Below, piece after piece: positions 56,866-64,000 of a DNA stretch of 64,000 nucleotides. Location of the stretch: NCBI GenBank assembly GCA_963720755.1, contig CAVRGP010000015.1, forward strand, positions 288,001 to 352,000. Direction: 5' to 3'. The notes beneath the pieces were generated by a model that ran no database searches, had not been told where the DNA came from, and worked only from the letters and a program-made list of their open reading frames with translations. Source of the DNA: an uncultured Chloroflexia bacterium. GTDB lineage: Bacteria; Chloroflexota; Limnocylindria; Limnocylindrales; CSP1-4. A program made the translations under genes and the position numbers. Numbering within the stretch: the stretch's first letter is position 1; every line of letters begins with the position of its first letter.

Positions 56866-58052
56866 GCACCGGCCCCGGCGGCGGCGGCAACGGTGAGCCC
56901 GAGCGAGTCGATGCCCGCGACCTGGGCCGCCGCGACGGCGACGCCGGGCTGGGTCGGGCGACCCATTCCGATGGAGACGATCTCGAGCGTGCTCATCGCC
57001 CCCAGGATCTCCTCGAGCGTGACCGATCCAAGATGGCCCAGCCGGAAGATCTTGCCTGCGACTTTGCCCTGGCCGCCCGCGAGGACGACCCCGCGCGCCT
57101 TGGCCGCCGCATTGAAGGCCTTCCAATCGAGGCCGTCCGGCACGATCGCTGCGGTGACGGTGCGGGACGCATACCGAGGATCGGCGAACAGATCGAAGCC
57201 CAGTGCGGTGAGGCCCGCCCTCGTGGCGGCGGCACAGGCCTCGTGGCGGGCGAAGATGTGCTCGGCGCCCTCGTCGGCCATCAGTCGGAGTCCCTCATCG
57301 ACCTGGTAGACGACCGCGATGGCCGGCGTGAACGGGGTCTGTCCGGTGGCGTGACTGTCGCGGTGAGCGCGGAGATCGAGGTAGAACCGCGGCATCGTGG
57401 CCCGTTCCATCGCCGACCACGCGCGTGGCGAGGCCGCGATCATGGCCAGACCCGGCGCGGCCATCCACGCCTTCTGCGAACCGGTGACGACGACATCGAC
57501 ACCCCAGGCGTCCATCTCGAACGGGACCGCCCCGAGGCCGGAGACACTGTCGACCAGGATGAGCGCGTCAGGCGCGAGTTCGCGGACGACCGCGGCGAGC
57601 TCCGGGATCGGGTTCATCACCGACGTCGAAGTCTCGTTGTGGGTCAGCAGGACCGCTCGGTAGCCTGGCTGTCGCTCGAGCTCGGCCCGCAGGATCGCCG
57701 GATCGGCCGCCTGGCCCCACTCGACCTCGATCTTGGTGACCTCGGCACCGTAGGTCCGGGCGATCTTCGCGAACCGGTCGCCGAACGAGCCGATCGAGAC
57801 GCCGAGCACTCGATCGCCGGGCGACAGGGTGTTGACGACCGCCGCCTCGAGGCCGCCGGTGCCCGCGGTGGTGATCATCACGATGTCGTTCGTCGTCCCG
57901 AAGAACGGCTTCATCCCGGTCAGGATCCGATCGAGCATGGCCGCGAACTCGGGCCCGCGGTGGTTGATCATCTGGCGTGCGCCCGCCGCGCGGACGGACG
58001 GTGGCAGGCCGGTCGGGCCGGGGATGCGCAGGTTGGGCTCGAAGCGGTCCAC
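56862..58052 (-). CDS. Class V aminotransferase (alanine-glyoxylate/serine-pyruvate family), probable phosphoserine aminotransferase substitute
   Basis: IPGPT, HRGPEF, HNETST, DSVS, TGSQKA, FRLGHLG. Confidence 0.88.
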   Translation of the reverse strand: MDRFEPNLRIPGPTGLPPSVRAAGARQMINHRGPEFAAMLDRILTGMKPFFGTTNDIVMITTAGTGGLEAAVVNTLSPGDRVLGVSIGSFGDRFAKIARTYGAEVTKIEVEWGQAADPAILRAELERQPGYRAVLLTHNETSTSVMNPIPELAAVVRELAPDALILVDSVSGLGAVPFEMDAWGVDVVVTGSQKAWMAAPGLAMIAASPRAWSAMERATMPRFYLDLRAHRDSHATGQTPFTPAIAVVYQVDEGLRLMADEGAEHIFARHEACAAATRAGLTALGFDLFADPRYASRTVTAAIVPDGLDWKAFNAAAKARGVVLAGGQGKVAGKIFRLGHLGSVTLEEILGAMSTLEIVSIGMGRPTQPGVAVAAAQVAGIDSLGLTVAAAAGAGA

Positions 58053-58225
58053 GGAAGCCTCCTGGAGGGTCGTGTTGCGTTGACGGTCGATGGTCGGCGG
58101 GCGATCGGCCGCACCTCGCCTATGCTCTCACGCGGAGACGGAACGAGTCCGTCACGCGGGCCATTCGAGCCGCGTCCATCCAGCGTTCCCAGACTCCCGA
58201 GGATCGCCGCCATGACCAGCCCCCG

Positions 58226-59191
58226 ATGACCGCACATCGCCGCCGACGCACGCGCCTCGCCGCTGCAACGGTGCTTGTCGTCGCGGTCGTCGGTGCCGCC
58301 GTCGGTGTCGGCGCGGTCGCGACCGACACCCTGGGGGCGGGCCACCTCTACCAGCGGGCGCTCGCCAAGGTCGACCGCTTCCTCGCCGGTCCCGTCCCCG
58401 ACCGATCCGCCCCGGTCACGGTCCTGGTCACCGATCCGCCGCTGGTCGAGGACACGGCCGCACCGAGTCCGACCGCGGGTGCCGATGGTTCCGTGCCTCC
58501 CCCCACCGTCGAACCCGATTCGAGCGCCACCCCGGTCGAGACTGCGACACCGGCACCAACGCCCGCCCGCGTCGCGGTCGACGTCAACATCGTCGCCAAG
58601 CCAAAGGCGGTCTTCGCCCACGAGATCGAGGTCACCTGGTGCGCCGCCGCCGGGGTCCAGATGACCTTGGCCATCCTGGGCCTCGTCGACAACTCATCCG
58701 TGCAGCAACGTGAGATCCAGGGTCGGGTCCGCCGGTGGGAGAGCTATCGCGACAGCCACAACGGGGATTGGGGACCGTCGGCCATGGCTCTTGCCCTCGA
58801 TGCGTACGGAGCGAGCGGCTATGAAGTCCGGGCCTACCAGAGCCGCCAGAGCGCCCTGCGTGGCGCAGCCAGGGCGATCCAGAAGACGGACTCGCCGGTC
58901 CTGCTGCTCGCCTGGCGGGGAGCGCACACCTGGGTCATGACCGGATTCCGGGCGGACGCCGACCCCTCCGTGTTCGCCGATTCCAAGATCGAAGGCGCCT
59001 ACATCCTCGATCCCTGGTATCCGGATGTGTCGAGTATCTGGGGACCGTCTGACCCACCGGGGACGTTCCAGGATGCGGCCGAGATGGTCCGGAACTACCT
59101 GCCCTGGAAGCGCCCCGAGGGCGCCTATCCGGATCGCGACGGCTTGTTCATCGCGGTCGTCCCGACCGTCAGGGCCGCGTCGGCACGCTGA
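58226..59191 (+). CDS. Secreted or membrane-anchored C39-like cysteine peptidase
   Basis: Basic plus hydrophobic N-terminus, Pro/Thr linker, WCAAAG (Cys), GAHTWVMTG (His), YILDPW (Asp). Confidence 0.65.
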   Translation: MTAHRRRRTRLAAATVLVVAVVGAAVGVGAVATDTLGAGHLYQRALAKVDRFLAGPVPDRSAPVTVLVTDPPLVEDTAAPSPTAGADGSVPPPTVEPDSSATPVETATPAPTPARVAVDVNIVAKPKAVFAHEIEVTWCAAAGVQMTLAILGLVDNSSVQQREIQGRVRRWESYRDSHNGDWGPSAMALALDAYGASGYEVRAYQSRQSALRGAARAIQKTDSPVLLLAWRGAHTWVMTGFRADADPSVFADSKIEGAYILDPWYPDVSSIWGPSDPPGTFQDAAEMVRNYLPWKRPEGAYPDRDGLFIAVVPTVRAASAR

Positions 59192-60524
59192 GCCCGATCC
59201 GGCGAACGCGTCGCGCGACGAAGAACCCGAGGAGGGCATCCTTCGCGAGGAGGCCGACTCCGTACCCGAACGGGATGGCCAGAAGCCCCGCCGACGGGAT
59301 GAGGAGCTGGGTCAGCAGCACGACGACACCGAGCCCGGTGAACGACGCAACGACCTGCCGGAGCGTGTCGTGGGTCGCGTACAGACCGCGCGACAGCGGG
59401 TAGGCGAGGGCGTCGAGTGGGATCGACAGCGCGAAGGCGGCAACGAGCGACGACGTCCGTGCGACGTCTTCAGGCCCGAACTCACCGCCGCCGAGCAGCA
59501 CCTCGACGAGCATCCCGGACAGCACGAACAGGCCGATCGAGGCAAGTGTCGTCAGGACGGCGATCGTGACCACGTTCCGGGAGAGGATGGAGCGAAAGCC
59601 GCTGCCGTCCTGGACCGCGAAGGCGGATGACAGCACCGGGAAGACGGCCAGGGAGAACGACACGCCGATCAGGCTGACCGGGAGGACCTGGTAGTCGAGC
59701 GCGAAGTTGAGGGACGACACGCTCCCGACCCCAAGACCTGCCGCGACGACGGTGAAGTAGGTCAGCGTCAGCGGTTCGATCGGCACGGATGCCATCCGCG
59801 GCAGCATCAGCCGGATGAATTCGCGAAAGGCGGGCGTTCGGAACCCGAGGCTCGGCCGGATCCTGAACGTGGTCCGAGTCGTCCCGATCGCGCGGATGGC
59901 GAGGTGGGCGGTGGCCCCCGCCACGGCACCCCAGGCCGAGGCGACGATCCCATACGTCGAGGCGAACAGGACCGTCCCGAGGATGATGCCGGCCGAGTAG
60001 AGGATCGGAGCCAGTGCGTAGAACACGAACCGACGATGGGCGACCAGGACCTCGCCGAGCGCCATCGAGGCGGCGAACAGGATCTGCGCGATGCAGTTGA
60101 TCCGGAGGAGCTGGACGTAGAGCGCCCTGGTGGCGGGATCGAAATCCTTGCCGACGATCTCGCCCAGCCACGGCCCCAGCAGGAACAGGCCCGCGCTCGC
60201 GATCGCCATGACCCCGACAGCCCCGGTCAGGGCGGCTCGCCCGAAGTCGTTGGCCGGCTCGTCATCCGATGGACTCCGTTCACGGAGGCTGTTGAAGATC
60301 GGCACGAAGGGAGCGGCCAGCCCCGCCGCGACGAGAACGTCGAGCGCGATCTCCGGGATCCGGAAGGCGGCGTTGTACGCATCGAGCTCGGCCCCGGCGC
60401 CGTACGTATTGGCGAAAACGCGGTTCCTGACGATACCCATCGCGAAGTACGCGAGCGACAGGACCGACAGGACGATCGCCCCGCGCGGGAAGAGCCGATC
60501 GATGAGCGCGCGGATCGTGGTCAC
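59169..60524 (-). CDS. murJ: Lipid II flippase MurJ (MviN) family
   Basis: G..R...A..YGAG.ELDAY.AAFRIP, FVPIF, LPVSLIG, GGEF, LYA.HDT. Confidence 0.87.
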   Translation of the reverse strand: MTTIRALIDRLFPRGAIVLSVLSLAYFAMGIVRNRVFANTYGAGAELDAYNAAFRIPEIALDVLVAAGLAAPFVPIFNSLRERSPSDDEPANDFGRAALTGAVGVMAIASAGLFLLGPWLGEIVGKDFDPATRALYVQLLRINCIAQILFAASMALGEVLVAHRRFVFYALAPILYSAGIILGTVLFASTYGIVASAWGAVAGATAHLAIRAIGTTRTTFRIRPSLGFRTPAFREFIRLMLPRMASVPIEPLTLTYFTVVAAGLGVGSVSSLNFALDYQVLPVSLIGVSFSLAVFPVLSSAFAVQDGSGFRSILSRNVVTIAVLTTLASIGLFVLSGMLVEVLLGGGEFGPEDVARTSSLVAAFALSIPLDALAYPLSRGLYATHDTLRQVVASFTGLGVVVLLTQLLIPSAGLLAIPFGYGVGLLAKDALLGFFVARRVRRIGLSVPTRP

Positions 60525-60542
60525 GGCGCCCTCCTCATCGGA

Positions 60543-61055
60543 TCAGGTGTCGGATGGCCGATCCAACCTCGAATCCCAGAAGTCGAGGAACTCGAGGTCG
60601 CCCGGCGAGTGGCCGGCCCGGGTCAGCAGGATCGCCGCGTCGGTGAACTGTTCGACGCCATGGATCACGATGTGTGTGACGAATGCGCTGAGCGGATAGC
60701 CGGCCTTGCCCTCGACATCGCAGTCGGCCGCGAGTGCGTCGTCCGACAGGCTGGCCAGCCAGGCCCGCATCTCGACCTCATCGCGATTCCAGTGCTCGGC
60801 GATGTCGGCGACCGTTCGATAGTCGTCGGAGACCAGCTCGCTCGCAGAGCCGTCGGCGTGCGAGACGCCCTGCAACCGTTCCCGCCAGCTCCACTCGACA
60901 TCGAGTTCGTGGATCAGGGTGGCGCGCAGGTCGCGTCCGTTGATCGCGTCCGCAGTCACGAGTCCATCGGGCGGCAGGTCGGCCGCGCACGCCAGGACAC
61001 GATCCCGCAACCAGTACAGGAAGTCGAACAGCGTTTCGACCTCCGCATGGCGCAT
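60543..61055 (-). CDS. DinB-family protein
   Basis: FDF.YW, TLIHELDVEWSW..R, H...HG.Q, G..PGDLEF. Confidence 0.8.
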   Translation of the reverse strand: MRHAEVETLFDFLYWLRDRVLACAADLPPDGLVTADAINGRDLRATLIHELDVEWSWRERLQGVSHADGSASELVSDDYRTVADIAEHWNRDEVEMRAWLASLSDDALAADCDVEGKAGYPLSAFVTHIVIHGVEQFTDAAILLTRAGHSPGDLEFLDFWDSRLDRPSDT

Positions 61056-61061
61056 GCGACG

Positions 61062-62831
61062 CTACCCGTCCCGGCGGACTTGCAGGTGGCGACCCCGGAT
61101 CGTGGCCCCGGCCAGGGCTCGCCCGATGTCATCGGCCACGGCGGCCTGGACGTCGACCAGCGAGAACGCATCGCTGATCTGGATGGCCCCGACCGCACTG
61201 CCGGGGACGCCGGCCTCGTTGGTGATGGCACCGACGAGATCGCTCGGGCGGATCCCCGCACGGCGGCCACCGCCGACGAAGAGTCGGACCCACGGACCAT
61301 TGGAGCCGGGCCGGTCCGTGCTGCGCCCGGCTCCTCCACCTGGGCCGGGCGGTGGGCCACCGGGTCGGACGCCGCGAGGCCCTGGACCGCGACGGACCCC
61401 GGCGCTGCGCGGTGGCGGCCCAGCGACGAGCGGCGGCGACGACAGCTCGCGCTCATCGGCGTCGGCCGCTGTCGAGCCCTCGATGAGGCTGACGGCCGCG
61501 AGCGCGATGTCGACCAGGTCGAATTCGTCGGTCAGCGGTTCGACGACCCCGCGGAACCGGTCGAGGCCATCACCGAGGAGCGCCTCGCGCAGGTTCGCCC
61601 GGAGTATCTCGGTCCGCCGTTCGCGCAGGTCGGCGACCGTGGGCAGGTGGGCGATGCTGAGCTTCGTGTGGGTGGCGGTCTCGATATTCCGGAGCATCCG
61701 GTGCTCGCGTGGCTCGACGAGCGTGATCGCCATGCCCTCGCGGCCGGCGCGACCCGTCCGTCCGATCCGGTGGACATAGGCGTCGGGGTTCGACGGGACA
61801 TCGAAGTTGACGACGTGTGAAACGTGATCGATATCGAGCCCACGAGCAGCCACATCGGTCGCGACCAGGACGTCGAGCGAGCCGTCGCGGAACCGGCCCA
61901 TGATCCGGTCGCGGCCCTCCTGGGTCAGTCCACCGTGGAGCGCGCCTGCGTCATGGCCACGTGCGCTGAGGGCCTCGGCAAGGTCGTCGACCTCGCCACG
62001 GGTCCGCGCGAAGACGAGTGCGGAGGTCGGGTCCTCGACGTCGAGGATGCGGCAGAGGGCGGCCAGCTTGTCGGTCCGTCGGACGACGTAGGCGACCTGC
62101 CGGACGAGCGCCGTGCCGTCCGGGCTCGATTTCTCCGCGTGGACCTGGATCCGGACCGGTTCGCGCAGGTGCCGCTTCGCGATCCGGGTGATGGTCGGCG
62201 AGATGGTGGCCGAGAAGAGGGCCGTCTGGCGAGTCGCCGGGGTCGCGCCGAGGATGGTCTCGAGATCCTCGGCGAAGCCCATGTCGAGCATCTCATCGGC
62301 CTCGTCGAGGATGGCGATGGCGACGTTGTCGAAGTGGAGGCTGCCGCGCTTGAGGTGATCCACCGCGCGGCCGGGTGTGGCGACCACGATGTCGACCCCG
62401 GAACGGAGACCCCGCAGCTGCTGGCTGATCGGTTGTCCGCCATAGACGGGCAGGATCCGCGCCCCGAGGGCCCGGCCGTACTTGCTGAGCGCCTCCGCGA
62501 CCTGCATGGCAAGCTCTCGCGTCGGGACGAGGATCAGGGCCGAGGTGGAACCAGGCGCGGCCGATCCGATCGCGATCCGCTGGAGCGTCGGCAGGGCGAA
62601 CGCGGCTGTCTTCCCCGTGCCGGTCGGTGCCTCGGCGAGCAGATCCTGCCCAGCCAGGAGCGGTGGGATCGCTTCGCGCTGGATGGGTGTCGGCTCCTCG
62701 TATCCCAGCGCGGTCAGCGTCGCGAGGAAGCGCTCGTCCAGGCCGAGGCCCGAGAACCCGTCCGAGCCGGTGGACCGGACGAGCTGGTCCTGCTCGGGAA
62801 CGGGGATGGGGACGGTCGGCTTGCGTGGCAT
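61062..62831 (-). CDS. deaD: DEAD-box RNA helicase with DbpA domain (DeaD/CsdA-like)
   Basis: Q motif PTPIQ, PTGTGKT, PTRELA, DEADEM, SAT, HRIGRTGRAG, C-terminal DbpA-like domain. Confidence 0.93.
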   Translation of the reverse strand: MPRKPTVPIPVPEQDQLVRSTGSDGFSGLGLDERFLATLTALGYEEPTPIQREAIPPLLAGQDLLAEAPTGTGKTAAFALPTLQRIAIGSAAPGSTSALILVPTRELAMQVAEALSKYGRALGARILPVYGGQPISQQLRGLRSGVDIVVATPGRAVDHLKRGSLHFDNVAIAILDEADEMLDMGFAEDLETILGATPATRQTALFSATISPTITRIAKRHLREPVRIQVHAEKSSPDGTALVRQVAYVVRRTDKLAALCRILDVEDPTSALVFARTRGEVDDLAEALSARGHDAGALHGGLTQEGRDRIMGRFRDGSLDVLVATDVAARGLDIDHVSHVVNFDVPSNPDAYVHRIGRTGRAGREGMAITLVEPREHRMLRNIETATHTKLSIAHLPTVADLRERRTEILRANLREALLGDGLDRFRGVVEPLTDEFDLVDIALAAVSLIEGSTAADADERELSSPPLVAGPPPRSAGVRRGPGPRGVRPGGPPPGPGGGAGRSTDRPGSNGPWVRLFVGGGRRAGIRPSDLVGAITNEAGVPGSAVGAIQISDAFSLVDVQAAVADDIGRALAGATIRGRHLQVRRDG

Positions 62832-62857
62832 CCTGGGATTGTCGTCCAGTCGCGCGG

Positions 62858-63172
62858 TCAGTGCGACGCTGCGAGCAGCTCCAGGTCGATGGTCCTGACC
62901 TGCCGGGTCCGACCCAGCTTCGTTCGGACCGTGGCGGCCGGGATGACCGTCGTGGCGAATCGCTCGATCACGGCTTCCTCGCCCGCGTACAGTCCGGTGC
63001 CCATGATCCTGACCCGGGCTCCGACGCCGAGGTCCTTGCGGCCGCCGATGGCGGTCACGTCGATCGTGGCGAGGTTCGGGCGGACGGTCGTGGCGTCGGG
63101 CCCGGCGCCGACGCGTGGAAGCCCCTTCGTATGTGTCTTGGCGACCGGGTAGGTGACCTTCCGCCGCTTCAC
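62858..63172 (-). CDS. Small hypothetical protein with KOW/SH3-like motif (start uncertain)
   Basis: LGVGARVRIMGTGLYAGEEAVIE. Basic protein; GTG overlaps the upstream stop. Confidence 0.6.
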   Translation of the reverse strand: MKRRKVTYPVAKTHTKGLPRVGAGPDATTVRPNLATIDVTAIGGRKDLGVGARVRIMGTGLYAGEEAVIERFATTVIPAATVRTKLGRTRQVRTIDLELLAASH

Positions 63173-63456
63173 GCGGCAGCTTCGTTGCCGTCACGGCCGC
63201 CGCCGAGACCTCCGGCCAGGGCGGATGTGCCATTGACCGCCGACCAGGCGGTCACCGCGTCGGCCAGGGCCACCGAATCCGGACGGACCGCGAGGCGATC
63301 GTCCGTGCCGCGGATGCCCGTACCGAGCTCGGCCAGGCGGCCGCGGTAGGCAGGCTTGTCGCCGTTCGTTCGGGGAGACGCCGGGTAGACGTCGAAGTAT
63401 CCGTCGGTGGAGACGACGATCAGCGCTTCACGCGCCGAGAAGGAGGTTCGAGCCAA
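63169..63456 (-). CDS. Small hypothetical protein
   Basis: Probable TTG at 63456, reading LARTSFSAREALIVVSTDGYFDVYP.... Lies downstream of a TTGACG-N17-CATGGT promoter. Confidence 0.55.
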   Translation of the reverse strand: MARTSFSAREALIVVSTDGYFDVYPASPRTNGDKPAYRGRLAELGTGIRGTDDRLAVRPDSVALADAVTAWSAVNGTSALAGGLGGGRDGNEAAA

Positions 63457-63601
63457 GATGGGATCCGATCTTTCGCGCGCTGCGGACCGACGAGGTGCAG
63501 GCCCGGCGCCAGCGAATGCCACCCCACCATGGCGCCGTGGCCGAGATCCGTCAACCGCACCTGCGGTCTGTGGTCCGCATCGGTTCCGCGCATAGCTCGG
63601 A

Positions 63602-64000
63602 TCAAGCGCCGCAGGTCGCGTCAAGGGACGCGGCGACTTGCTGGCCGGTCAGCGTCCCACCGACGGCCTCGACAAGATCGCCGTCGAACGTGACGTGGTC
63701 CCCTTGGACCGTGATCCGTTGGCTGTCTGAGTCGCGATGCCATTCTGTGTTCGGCTCCCCGCTCGGGACGTAAACAAGCTCATGGGTGTCAATGGCCCCG
63801 TGCTCGACGATGCCGATCCCGACCGTGTCAGGCCCTCCGCTGCCCGAGCGCTGACCCAAGGCGGCAAACCTCGTGCCATCGTGCCCGAAGGCTCGGGCAG
63901 CATCGTCGCCGGTGAAACAGGCGAAGAAATCGAACACGAAGGGTTCGCCGCCAAACGTTAGCGTCGCGCTGCCGCCGCACGATGTAAACGCGTCAAGTGA
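63602..64000 (-). CDS. Hypothetical beta-rich protein, C-terminal part (5' end outside window)
   Basis: Frame open to the window edge: SLDAFTSCGGSATLTFGG...SLDATCGA. Confidence 0.55.
   Translation of the reverse strand, partial: SLDAFTSCGGSATLTFGGEPFVFDFFACFTGDDAARAFGHDGTRFAALGQRSGSGGPDTVGIGIVEHGAIDTHELVYVPSGEPNTEWHRDSDSQRITVQGDHVTFDGDLVEAVGGTLTGQQVAASLDATCGA

Overview
A gene-dense, high-GC bacterial chromosomal segment with about 57 CDS, one tRNA-Leu(TAG) and a valS T-box. I found no CRISPR array, integrase, transposase or prophage. By inference only (T-box, actinobacterial-style FHA-FHA-RodA-PBP block, many leaderless genes), it is a monoderm, plausibly Chloroflexota. Contents in order: (1) an amine-catabolic block of two GcvT-family flavoproteins, an Icc-like phosphoesterase, an APC permease and a choline/ethanolamine kinase; (2) hisN, gabT and a polyamine ABC transporter; (3) mrp, cinA, tRNA-Leu and tig-clpP-clpX; (4) a WecE/GNAT/methyltransferase/GT2/GT-C surface-glycosylation cassette; (5) T-box-valS; (6) a ROK-regulated amino-sugar ABC/GH3/SIS/GH1 locus with a decayed ROK kinase; (7) a cluster of uncharacterised zinc-ribbon proteins next to fhaA-fhaB-rodA-pbpA; (8) dipZ and moxR-DUF58-transglutaminase; (9) a non-canonical serine biosynthesis operon; (10) a C39-like peptidase, murJ, a DinB-family protein, a DEAD-box helicase, and two small unknown genes under a long nested palindrome. 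Best candidates for undescribed biology are the kinase/flavoprotein/phosphoesterase amine pathway, the zinc-finger cluster, the lipid-linked glycosylation cassette, a PotB with a hairpin inserted in its EAA loop, and the KOW-like small-gene pair. All family calls come from reading motifs by eye; no database searches were run.
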